A stretch of 63,162 nt of DNA, filler included, from Lenisia limosa (taxonomy: Eukaryota; Protista; Breviatea), in assembly GCA_001655205.1 (NCBI GenBank). It is 18 parts of 18 records of this genome, joined end to end, with 100 filler letters (N's around TTAATTAATTAA, not from the genome) between each part and the next. Parts side by side here need not be neighbours in the genome. Positions count along the whole stretch, not along the records: positions 1 to 1,906 come from LPNZ01009228.1; positions 2,007 to 3,560 come from LPNZ01002047.1; positions 3,661 to 8,061 come from LPNZ01007523.1; positions 8,162 to 9,435 come from LPNZ01002355.1; positions 9,536 to 10,605 come from LPNZ01000786.1; 13 more parts are not named here. One strand, given 5' to 3'. Each line of letters begins with the position of its first letter. Position 1 is the stretch's first letter. The notes under the pieces are model-generated. The model was not told the origin of the DNA. It saw only the letters and a list, made by a program, of their open reading frames with translations, and ran no database searches. This document shows, piece after piece, positions 1 to 10,705 of this stretch. A program made the position numbers and the translations under genes.

Positions 1-198
1 ACTATCTATAATATCAAAAAATAAGAACTGTAGTTAAACAATAAAAAGTGATAAAAATGGTATTTTCATGAAAAAGAATAAAACAATATAAGTTAGTACT
101 TTCACCTCGTATACTTACAAATACCAGGTAATTGGGTTTTTTTTTTGGTTGTTGTTTTTTTTGTTTCGTGTACATATCGATATGATTTGACTAACCAG

Positions 199-1006
199 GT
201 TTTCTACTCTCTTGTTCCTGAAGAAAAGAAAAAGCCTAAGAACCCTCGACACCCGTGTTACTACTGCCCTGTAAGCCACAATATGGTCTTTCACATTCTT
301 CCCCAATATTACTTACGTCTTCGCACCTTCCTCGACTACATCCCCCCCCCCCCCNNNNNNNNNNNNNNNNNNNNNNNNNNNNNNNNNNNNNNNNNNNNNN
401 NNNNNNNNNNNNNNNNNNNNNNNNNNNNNNNNNNNNNNNNNNNNNNNNNNNNNNNNNNNNNNNNNNNNNNNNNNNNNNNNNNNNNNNNNNNTTTATATCT
501 CATTTATACCCCAGGTCCGTTTTGAATGTGATCCGAGCAACCAAGGTGACATATGCCCCAAAACCTGTCCATACCTCGTGACATACAACGAGAAGCTGGA
601 GAAGCTACTGGAGAAGGAGGAACAGAGAAAGGTTTGTTGTTTATCAACCATTCTGCTTAGAATATTTTGCAATCTTGCGCCCCAATCTCTCTCTCAGTGC
701 ACCAACAAATTCCAATATTTCCCACCACACCAGCTCACAAAGTTGATTATGGACTACTTTTCGTTTCATAGGTTTTCTAATTTTACTGTACGCTGGAGTG
801 ATGGGATGTGGTGTTGCAGAATCGACTGGCCTGGGCTTTTGTTTTGTTGCTGTCAACCCTAACCCTCTTGTGTTTTCAGCCAACGGAGTTGATTTTGGGT
901 TTTTTGTTTCATTAATTTTCCAATTTACTCCCCCCCTCAGGTCATGCGACTGAAGCGCCAGCGTGAAGCCTCAGAATCTTCCGCAGAGAAGCGCCAGGCA
1001 ACCTAG
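199..1006 (+). CDS. Partial multi-exon gene, unknown Cys-containing/coiled-coil protein
   Basis: Exons 199-270 (VFYSLVPEEKKKPKNPRHPCYYCP), 515-631 (VRFECDPSNQGDICPKTCPYLVTYNEKLEKLLEKEEQRK) and 941-1006 (VMRLKRQRE...stop) have GT-AG boundaries. No family recognised. Confidence 0.5.
788..940 (+). repeat. Intron-terminal dispersed repeat (ITR), near full unit ending at the acceptor AG
   Basis: gtacgctggagtgatgggatg...cgactggcctgggcttttg...cagccaacggagttgattttggg...gtttcattaattttccaatttactccccccctcag. The same sequence recurs at many other introns in the window. Confidence 0.85.
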
Positions 1007-1861
1007 GAACCCCGGAACCCCGAAGAACTTAGCTGACCTCCCCCCTTACACTGCCGAGGTCCTGGACGTCGTGTTGATGNNNNNNNNNNNNNNNNNNNNN
1101 NNNNNNNNNNNNNNNNNNNNNNNNNNNNNNNNNNNNNNNNNNNNNNNNNNNNNNNNNNNNNNNNNNNNNNNNNNNNNNNNNNNNNNNNNNNNNATAGCAC
1201 TACGGTCATTGACTTGAAAAATCCGAATCTGATCAGAAAGCACTGGGTACTACAGGGTACTTTATATTAAACAAATGACTGCCCCCCGCGTGCATATGGG
1301 CTCCTGTTGGGGGGAGCTGGGTTCCAAACTGGTGTGATATGTATGAGCTTTTCAAACTGTCAGAATCCAAGATCTATGAACAAGAACCAAAATGCCACGT
1401 GACGGGACAAGCCCGGAAATAAATATATTCTCAGCTCACCAGGCAACCAACAAGTTTGTTCGGACAATCGGCGTTTTGCCCTATTCCAAAAAAAACGGCC
1501 CGAGGATAGGTTGGCGGCTTCAGAGTACAATTACATCAAGAGTAGACGNNNNNNNNNNNNNNNNNNNNNNNNNNNNNNNNNNNNNNNNNNNNNNNNNNNN
1601 NNNNNNNNNNNNNNNNNNNNNNNNNNNNNNNNNNNNNNNNNNNNNNNNNNNNNNNNNNNNNNNNNNNNNNNNNNNNNNNNNNNNNNNNNNNNNNNNNNNN
1701 NNNNNNNNNNNNNNNNNNNNNNNNNNNNNNNNNNNNNNNAAGGAATACTATTAGGGCTTCACTTCGGTTTGGCAACTGCTGTACAAGAGCACAAATTCAG
1801 GGCTTACTCTACTGTAATACTCTGGTATCACAGTACTCAATAACCTCCCAATCCCCCCGTA

Positions 1862-1906
1862 CAGTGGCTGAGATAAGTCTTGACCGGCAATCGGTCAAGA
1901 CTTATC
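1862..1906. mobile_element. CAGTG-TIR MITE (family C), internally deleted and cut by a gap
   Basis: TA|cagtggctgagataagtcttgaccg-gcaat-cggtcaagacttatc forms a hairpin and matches 28282-28359. Confidence 0.7.
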
Positions 1907-2006
1907 NNNNNNNNNNNNNNNNNNNNNNNNNNNNNNNNNNNNNNNNNNNNTTAATTAATTAANNNNNNNNNNNNNNNNNNNNNNNNNNNNNNNNNNNNNN
2001 NNNNNN
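1907..2006. other. Artificial contig-joining spacer (44N + TTAATTAATTAA + 44N)
   Basis: The identical 100-nt construct starts at 1907, 3561, 8062, 9436, 10606, 14474, 17796, 21278, 22461, 27455, 29190, 31594, 34439, 40858, 49179, 50658 and 55046. The 12-mer gives stops in all six frames. Confidence 0.95.
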
Positions 2007-2129
2007 GGCTTTGTTTGTTTTGTTATTATCAGCCATTGTGTGTTGTTAGCCAACATAATTGATTTTTGGCTTTTTTTTGCTTCATCAGCTATTCCATTCC
2101 CCCCCATCCAACACCCCTCTCCCTCGCAG

Positions 2130-3560
2130 CGATTTGACCAGATCAACACCGACTGGGTGACGCTGATGGAAGCTTTGTCGCAGGAAACCGTTGTGACTAA
2201 GGCGTGTGGACGGCCAAGATTGCTTCACGATCTTGAGAGCCTCCAGGTGCGAGAGAGGGGGGGGGGGTGGAATTCCGGGCAATTACTTTTTTGCACAAAC
2301 GTTTGTTTCTTTTGTCTTCCAATTCAATAGGGGGTAAATCTGTTTTGTTTCACTTCGGTTCGAAAAAAATGAATTTCTCGATAAATCCTCGAAACCTATC
2401 GATATTTTATCGGTCTTTTTCGAATAGGAGTGAAGCCCTTGATCTTCCAGGCCGGGCTGGATCTCTGTCAGAAGTCTCTGGCAGACTATTTGGAGACTAA
2501 GCGCCTTGCCTTCCCTCGGTTCTACTTCGTGTCGCCTGCTGATTTGGTTGGTGGTGATGGTATTATTGGAAGGGGACGATAACGTTTTTTTTCTGGCAGT
2601 AGTGGGCTCTTTGAACTGTTATTATTCCTTTGTTGTTTTTTCAATCATTATTTTCACCCTTTCACAACAGAGTTGATTTTGGGCTTCTTATTTTTTTCAT
2701 AAAGTTTTACCCCTTCGTTTTNNNNNNNNNNNNNNNNNNNNNNNNNNNNNNNNNNNNNNNNNNNNNNNNNNNNNNNNNNNNNNNNNNNNNNNNNNNNNNN
2801 NNNNNNNNNNNNNNNNNNNNNNNNNNNNNNNNNNNATACCATATTTATCCCCTCTCCAGTTGGACATTTTGGCGAAGGGCAACATTGCCTCGCGAGTCAA
2901 CCGTCATATGCCCAAGCTCTTCGCCGGTGTAAAGTGGGAAGGGAAGGGGGGAGGGATGAAAAACCTATTCGCTATGTGTATATAAGAATTAAGACCTTAT
3001 AAGCGTGATGATGTGGACGGCTTCGGCCAGATACTACCTTTTTTTATTTCTCATTTCTATATACGTATAACCTTTTAAACATGAACTAATCTTACAGGTG
3101 TCTTGACTTGGAAAAGGACGAAGATGGTAACGAGACCAATCTTGCACTTGGAATGTACAGCAGGTATGAGGGGCATTGAAGTCAGCATCAACAACAACAT
3201 CATCATCATCATCATAATTACCAACATCACCATCATCATCATTATCATCAGCATCATCACCACCACCACCATCATCATCAATATCATTATCATTATCACC
3301 ATCATCATCATTATCATTATCATTATCATCAACAACATAATCTTTACAATGGTAGTGTTGGCGATGAATACTGTGCTTTCAAAGAGCCACTTCTCTGTGA
3401 AGGACCTGTTGAAACATGGGTAAGCAGGAATACTATTCTTCTGGGAAAAAGATACAAGCGGAATAAATTAACACCGTTGTCTAAATAGTGTTTCCTTCAT
3501 TACTCCCCACATTGCTTCACATTTCTGACTTTGGCCAGCTTTTGAGCGTAGAAAAGATGA
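2130..3560 (+). CDS. Axonemal dynein heavy chain fragment, linker (DHC_N2) region
   Basis: In-phase exons 2130-2246, 2451-2546 ([32 protein letters not shown]), 2860-2933 ([24 protein letters not shown]), 3098-3163, 3356-3419 ([19 protein letters not shown]) and 3539-3560. YLETKRxAFPRFYF is a dynein heavy chain hallmark. Confidence 0.95.
2349..2438. mobile_element. GGGCTTCAC-TIR MITE (family A) in a dynein intron
   Basis: ttcacttcggttcgaaaa...tttttcgaataggagtgaagccc. It ends 12 nt before the acceptor at 2450. Confidence 0.85.
3008..3052 (+). repeat. GGC-TTCG-GCC hairpin repeat (family E), intronic
   Basis: gatgtggacggcttcggccagata...tatttctcat. Similar copies at ~28485 (+), 34705-34812 (-, tandem), ~58095 (-) and ~60715-60753 (-). 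Confidence 0.7.
3182..3335 (+). repeat. Imperfect (ATC)n microsatellite in a dynein intron
   Basis: Run of atc/att/acc triplets between exons 3163 and 3356. It explains the spurious Ile- and Met-rich ORFs. Confidence 0.9.
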
Positions 3561-3715
3561 NNNNNNNNNNNNNNNNNNNNNNNNNNNNNNNNNNNNNNNN
3601 NNNNTTAATTAATTAANNNNNNNNNNNNNNNNNNNNNNNNNNNNNNNNNNNNNNNNNNNNAAGTCATAAAAGAGTTCACCCCCTCCCCCACTTCATAAGT
3701 CTTAAAATGGTTCAC

Positions 3716-6700
3716 GTATTCGCGCATTGCGTCAGTGAAGAAGTAGCCGTCTCTCAAATTCTGATCTTGCAGCACCTTGGATATGTTGTCTGAGTGGTGA
3801 AAGGAATTATTGTTTCAATAGTGGCAGGGAGACAGGCTGAGGTCGGTTAGAGAGAGTGGGAAACAGAACAACCCTCCAACCTGTGGTTGATTTGAAGCTT
3901 GAAACTGCTGTTTTGAAAGTGGCACACTTCTCACAGTCTCGTCTCCAACACAGAGCTAAGTTGCAAAATTAGATGTCTGCAGAAACAAGCAAATCTTAAA
4001 AAAGAAACCTAAAGTGACCCACGAGTGTCCTTTCCTCCTGCAAATCCTGAAACAGCCTGTCCAAATCGCTCAACGTCAGCAGCCACAACTACATCATGAG
4101 TTAATTGAAGCCAGGATTCTCGAATACTTCTCGATTAATTAATAACGTCTTTTACACACTTATCCCCGGATTGGGTTTCTCTAAGATACCAAAGGCTGAA
4201 TTCATATGCAAAAACCAAATTCGCTAACTAACGAAAATGATTGAACCCCCTAATTCGTATTTTAGAAAACGTTCATCCACCACTACCCACCATCCCGGCC
4301 CTTATTCATGGTTTCAGCAGCAGGAATCACAAAGTTGACCTGGAAAAGTAAGAGAGAAAAAAACATTAAAAAGGAATTAAATCCACAAAACGAATTGGAA
4401 AAACTTCGCTTAAACCTCAAAATAGAGAAGAAAATAAGAGCAAGTGAGAGAAATAAATTTGGTGCCATGAACAAACCACCATTGCATTGTAACGAAAACA
4501 ACTTACCCCCCCACCTGTTTGCTAAAGGTTCTGAAGTGTCTCCGTGCTGACTCCATTTCCTCACTAAATATCAGATTTTGAATGTCTCTTGATCAGTACT
4601 GACATTTAGAATATAAAATGAATACCATAAAATTATATTGAAGTCTCAGCTGCTCTTTTCCATTGTTCCCCCACACACACACGCACACACGCGCGCGCGC
4701 CTAATGTGTTTTCACACTGCCTATGCAGGACAAACGGTCAAACTTTGACACTAATTAGTATTGGATTACCCCCCCCCCCCCNNNNNNNNNNNNNNNNNNN
4801 NNNNNNNNNNNNNNNNNNNNNNNNNNNNNNNNNNNNNNNNNNNNNNNNNNNNNNNNNNNNNNNNNNNNNNNNNNNNNNNNNNNNNNNNNNNNNNNNNNNN
4901 NNNNNNNNNNNNNNNNNNNNNNNNNNNNNNNNNNNNCTCTGAAACTTCAAACAAACAAAAAAGAGCAATAAAAAACTACGCTAAAATTAGACAAAAGCCA
5001 GCTGACAAAACACAAAAACAAAACAAGCCCGAGCCAGCCTTTGAAGAGTCCCACCACCGCTCGATCACTCAAACGTACCTGTTAGGCGTTAATGGAGTGG
5101 TAAAAATGGGAAAATGTCTGAAAACCCCCCTAAAATCAACTATGTTGGCTAAACACAAAAAGCCAAGGACCATCGCTTCCACTACATCAATAGAAATATA
5201 CAACATAATGAAAAATACACTCGTTCACAATCGCCGTTGTGATCATTTCCCAGACACTGTTCTTCAGGTTGTAGAGGTTCAAAAATCCACAAAAAAACTG
5301 ACTCCATATGCATCTACCTGGCTCTCCTCTTCAACTCCATCCCCATCCTCAACTCTGCTGATATGTTTATCACTCAAGTAGGGGGGGGGGGCTCTAATAC
5401 ATCGAAAATATGGGGGTCTTAGAGTAGTATTTCATTTTAGTTTATTATTGTGTCTTTTTTTCCTTACATTCTTGGCAACTCTTTTGGTTCTCTGTATTCT
5501 CATGGTCGATCTAATGTTTCCCTTTCTATAATTTTATTAATGTATTCCTATTATTTCATGGGGATGACATGAGCCAGGTGTAATACTCATTAGTTGTAGC
5601 CATTGATATTGTGGCTCTGGAAACGTTTCATTCCGGATTCAGTTTGTTTAGCAAATACCGCTGTAAAACCATGCATATCGCAAAACGAAATCCAAACTTT
5701 TCGGTCTACCCATTTTTTCAGACAATTTGTCACGGTCAGAAACACGTGAAAAATTTTGTACCCGTAGAAACACACTCATGGGTATTTAAAAATTATTAAA
5801 GAAACTCGGTTGATATTTCACTCCACATTACAACATAAAAGGAAAATGCCAAACATGTTACTGTTAGTTTCTCATCAAAGTATCTTTCCTGAGTTTTATT
5901 TCAATGTCATTCATACATATTTTGCTTAATCAATTCAAAAACAAAGCCCAACCCTACCAACCTTGTCTCCGGCTTCAAGGAAATGTAGAAACACTGGGGC
6001 TGAACGGATACAGGGGTGGGCAGCACATCTATTGGGGAATAATTCCGAGAAGACCCAAAAATGCAAATTATATGCCCTCTTTTTTTTGTGTCTTAGGGTA
6101 CATATATAAAACATTTATGAGAACCTTTATAGGGCAATGAGTTTTTTTCGAATTGCCTACCTTCTCAGAAAGAGTGCCAGCTGCTGACGGCGAAACTCAA
6201 TGAAAGACGCAGCAAAACGGCCTAAATGCATAAGATTATGAATAACGTATGCTAACCTTGAACAATAATATCATCAAATGATATGAAATGTATCTATTCT
6301 AATAATAATTGCTTGATATCATCATTATTTTGTGAATACCATGGTACAAATGTGTGGTATTTCAAATGAAAATGCAAAGGGAAATTTGCCGAGCCATCAG
6401 ATAGATAAAAAGGGGGAGTGATACGTCTGTGATAGGGGGTCACAATTATCACTTTACACCCCTTTCCTACCAGAAGACTGTTTGGGTGGAAGAGGAGGGA
6501 TTCCGATTGTCGAAAACTTCTGACACAACATAGACCGCAGCCAATCAAAGTGCTTGTAACGTCTTTCAACACAGAAGCCTTGGGGCTAGCGGGTGAGGTT
6601 GGGACCGAGTTTAGAAAAGGGAACAGGAAAAAATAAAGATGGTCAAGTTTGATTCGCGAAAACTATCTTTATTGGTTTTTAACAGAATTCAAATAATAAC

Positions 6701-8061
6701 GAATGGGAGACCAAAACTATCGTGTGTGTGTGGGGGGGGGGGGNNNNNNNNNNNNNNNNNNNNNNNNNNNNNNNNNNNNNNNNNNNNNNNNNNNNNNNNN
6801 NNNNNNNNNNNNNNNNNNNNNNNACGTACCTCAGTCTGGACCTCGTAGGAAATGAACTTTTTGACTCCACCGTACTTCTTCTTCTTATGTGGCTCCTGTG
6901 ATCCAATGAATACACTGTGGGTAGCAGCAAGTCCAGCAGTAAAATTCCAGATACATAGCGTATATATCATATCACACTATATCATATAACATATATGAAT
7001 AGCCAAACTTCACTTTAAATTCCAAAAAATAGTCTGGAATTTTGAAAGAGTATCAATCTTCGCATCTACTTTTTGTAGAAATGTAGCTTCAATACCTACC
7101 TGGACAACAATTGTGAACCGGGGTTCCTCATCAGTCCATCTCCTTGAGGCCTGAATATTTCAGTTAAATAAATAGAGAGAAAAAACATTGTGCTTTAATG
7201 GGTTCCAAAGCTTATCGCCCTACGCACATCAATGGGGTGCTTGATTGTGACTTCACCCTCATCAAAGTTCAGGTCATCGAAATTTGTAACTTCATCCCCA
7301 CCAGCAGCACCATCGTCGTCATCTTCATCAAAATCCTTTTTGGTTAACGATAAAAAAACTTTCCATAATAGACTATATCATATAGTAATATATCATATCA
7401 TATGCATATGATATAGTATAAGAATACATGGAATGTTCAATGTAGGCCAAGTTTAACTTTGAGACTTGTATGTATCAAAAAAATATCTGTTTTTTTCAAG
7501 ACGAGAGAATAGAAATACACCCCTCCCACATCAAACGCCATGGTTTTTCTGTTATCATTGGCCTTAGACTTTTGCTCTTCCACATCTGAAAAGGGGTAAT
7601 GATAACTCTCGCGTAAAATAAGATGTAATAATGCTAATGAATAAAAAGAGGTTGTATCGGGCCAGAACCATCCTATTNNNNNNNNNNNNNNNNNNNNNNN
7701 NNNNNNNNNNNNNNNNNNNNNNNNNNNNNNNNNNNNNNNNNNNNNNNNNNNNNNNNNNNNNNNNNNNNNNNNNNNNNNNNNNNNNNNNNNNNNNNNNNNN
7801 NNNNNNNNNNNNNNNNNNNNNNNNNNTCTCCAGAACGCCTTACAATTAGCAGGGTACCAGCCAGTTTTGCCATTGCAAGAGCCTTCGTTCCACCCGTCGT
7901 CGCCCTCAGTCACAAGCTCAATCGTGTCTCCTTGACTGCAAGTTGAGAACGATTAGCATGTGCTATTTCCAAGGACAGTCTATTTTGTGACAGATTCGCT
8001 GAAAATATATAACAGCCCCCACCTGAAATTTAGGTTATTACCATCATCGTCTTCAAAGTCG
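3716..8061 (-). CDS. SH3-PX-BAR sorting nexin (SNX9/18/33-like), partial
   Basis: SH3 exon 7844-7935 ([30 protein letters not shown]). PX exons: RFTIVVQ|[22 protein letters not shown]|, 6471-6585 [59 protein letters not shown] and [21 protein letters not shown]-like helical exons run to [25 protein letters not shown]. Domain order matches the SNX9 family. Confidence 0.85.
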
Positions 8062-8375
8062 NNNNNNNNNNNNNNNNNNNNNNNNNNNNNNNNNNNNNNN
8101 NNNNNTTAATTAATTAANNNNNNNNNNNNNNNNNNNNNNNNNNNNNNNNNNNNNNNNNNNNCAGATACAACCTTAGTTTTTATTTCAGTGCTATATATAA
8201 GTCAGTCAAAACATGGAATGGGTGTTTTGTGTATTCGAGTTTTTTTTTTTCCAAAGAGGGTGTTGCAAATTTCATTCATGAAGAAATGAAAGTCAGAATT
8301 GTTATGAAAAGAAAGTATTTTTAAGACACTACGTGTTTGTGTGTGGGGGTGATATTCAACAGTTGTACTTTCATC

Positions 8376-9217
8376 CATGTTTTCAAAAGTTCCTCAATTG
8401 CTCGTCAGCACAACCGTCGGATCTTTATGGTTTCAACGCAATAAAGATAAAAATAGGACTCAGCGCGTCAACAAAATTAGACAATAAAGTGTCTGAAATG
8501 GGGTTCTCGTTACTATATGTCCGACTTCAAATTGTACAATTAATTTAATTTCTCAATTAATTGCACGGGGCTAACTTTTATAGGAGTCTGGAGGTACGAA
8601 AAAGAAAAGAAAGCCAAAAAAGAGCTCCTCTCCCTCAACAGTGTGTACTTATCAAGCCGAAGATGAGCTGCCACAGGTGAGATTTTTTTTGCTTGCTACT
8701 TTCCTTATTTAGTATGGCTTTTCTGCCTACTTTCCTTTTTTGCTATAGTATTACTTTTCTGTCTAATTTCCCAATTTGTATAGGTAACATGACTTTATCT
8801 TTATGTCCTGCTCACCCGGACCAGATTGGCAAGTCAGTTCTACCGCACGTACTCATTAACCTCGGGGGCGTCATGATACCTGATGTTGATTCTGCCAACA
8901 GCCTTGTCGCTCTCGTGTCCTGTGGGAGGTGTTTGTATATAATGGGTATGACTTCCCTGCGGTCTGCAAAAGCTCGTTAAAACATTGATATTATCGAGGA
9001 TTCATCGAGAAATTCAGTCTTTTGTATAGGGAAGCCCTAGTAATGGGTGTATCTTTATTGATCTTTTGAGCTACAAATCTTGACTTGAAAGTCATCCACT
9101 GTGTTACTCTATTGACTATGTTGACATTACTCTATTGGCCATATAGACATTTCTCTATTGACTTGACAGACGCTCTGACGACACTACTCGAGCTAAACGC
9201 GATGTGGTTTGTCCGCT
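8376..9217 (+). CDS. Partial multi-exon gene, unknown product
   Basis: AG/GT-flanked segments such as CTYQAEDELPQ (~8641-8677) and IGKSVLPHVLINLGGVMIPDVDSANSLVAL (~8825-8914). No family recognised. Confidence 0.4.
8456..8571. mobile_element. GGGCTCCGTGCAATT-TIR element (family D), degenerate
   Basis: Core ctgaaatggggttctcg...cttcaaatt and right end aattgcacggggcta are shared with 40418-40504, 47501-47629 and ~23045-23146. Confidence 0.6.
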
Positions 9218-9535
9218 CTGACGCCCTCGGTTCAACCATGTCGTAGCCCCTGTTTCCTTTCCCCTTTCTTCTCTCCTGTGTCTCCCCTTTCAGCGCTTCT
9301 CCACCCTTCCTTTACCGAATTTATTGTTTTGACACACGTCTCTGATTTCTATCTTCTAATGTATAATTCTGTTCCAACGGGAATTGAATGGGAGGGGAGG
9401 GGGGGGGTGGTCACAGGATGCCAAATATCTGCGGCNNNNNNNNNNNNNNNNNNNNNNNNNNNNNNNNNNNNNNNNNNNNTTAATTAATTAANNNNNNNNN
9501 NNNNNNNNNNNNNNNNNNNNNNNNNNNNNNNNNNN

Positions 9536-10605
9536 CAGCATTGCATCCAGCGTAGTAAAGGGGAATTGTTATGCAAAAAAAAATAAAAAATAATAATAAT
9601 CAAACAAAGAAAAAAAAGAAGAAAAAAGGGAAAAAAAGACAGCTCCACCCTCTCACTTCAGATCTGTGGACATTTTGTACTTCCTCAGAAGCTTAACTGC
9701 ATCATTTACCTGGAAGGTTAGATACCCATGATATCACTCTTAGATCTTTTACACATATGAACGAACAGTTACACAGATATATATCCACTCTTGTGATAAA
9801 TGACCAACAAGCCACAATGATACTCTGATACACTCGGAATGAACCCTCGTGTTATCTTCTTTCACTTTAATAGTCGGTCATACGATCATACCACTAGTCT
9901 TATGAATGTCTATGTTCTATGGTTTCACTGAAAATATCGATAGTTTTCGAGGATTTATCAAGAAATTCAGTCTATTTTCGAACCAAAGTGAAGCTCTATT
10001 AATATCACTATAAGTATCTTCACCCCACTCCCCCCACAGGAAGCTTGAATTTGTAGAGTTCCTTGAAGTTGGCGTTTGCCTCGGCCTGGACCTCACTGGA
10101 AAACTCCGAGTCTGGCCGGGCGTGGGGGTCCGCGGCGGCAGGGGCAGGTTTTGTTGAGGGGACAGGAAGGACTCCTTGGTTGTCTGGGCGGGAGTGAAAT
10201 TGGAAAATGTATGAAACAAAAAAAAACCCATCGACTCTGAGTGAATGGAGTAAGAAAAAAAGAAAAAAAACCCAAAGCCACCACACAAGAATAGAAATGT
10301 AACTGCCATCAACTCTGTACTTGTTCACGTGCCACGATAATAATTGAAACACAGTGTATATGCACATCATATGTAGTAAGTAGTACATGGATGTCATTAA
10401 AACGTCATGAAAATGTTAAATAAACATATAATAAATGTAATAAATGTAATATTCCATATAATATGCAAAAACTACCAATATGCCACCAACTTTGCACTTG
10501 CTCGCGGGCCATAAGACGCGCAACGCTTGGGTTTCGCGCCACTACGCTCGACGCAGCCTCTTTGAGATTCTCCACCATGCTGGAGGGGAGGGACTTGGCC
10601 GCTGA
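9536..10605 (-). CDS. Partial multi-exon gene, unknown product
   Basis: Exons SAAKSLPSSMVENLKEAASSVVARNPSVARLMAREQVQS, DNQGVLPVPSTKPAPAAADPHARPDSEFSSEVQAEANANFKELYKFKLP and VNDAVKLLRKYKMSTDL have GT-AG boundaries. Confidence 0.55.
9921..9996. mobile_element. Family A MITE, internally deleted, reverse orientation
   Basis: ggtttcactgaaaatatcgatagttttcgaggatttatcaagaaattcagtctattttcgaaccaaagtgaagctc|ta. Confidence 0.8.
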
Positions 10606-10705
10606 NNNNNNNNNNNNNNNNNNNNNNNNNNNNNNNNNNNNNNNNNNNNTTAATTAATTAANNNNNNNNNNNNNNNNNNNNNNNNNNNNNNNNNNNNNNN
10701 NNNNN

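Noticed and set aside
769-787. Micro-exons and GC donors suggested next to GTACGC/GCACGC (also ~5040-5085 and ~15520-15540)
   Set aside because: These segments are parts of tandem ITR units, and flanking exons join in frame without them at 632-940 and in the CFAP47-like gene.
1951-1962. TTAATTAATTAA repeated 17 times as a biological motif
   Set aside because: It is always centred in exactly 44+44 N and is a six-frame stop linker added during assembly. Gene neighbourhoods across it were therefore not interpreted.
3075-3423. Met/Ile-rich ORFs
   Set aside because: They are translations of an (ATC)n microsatellite inside a dynein intron.
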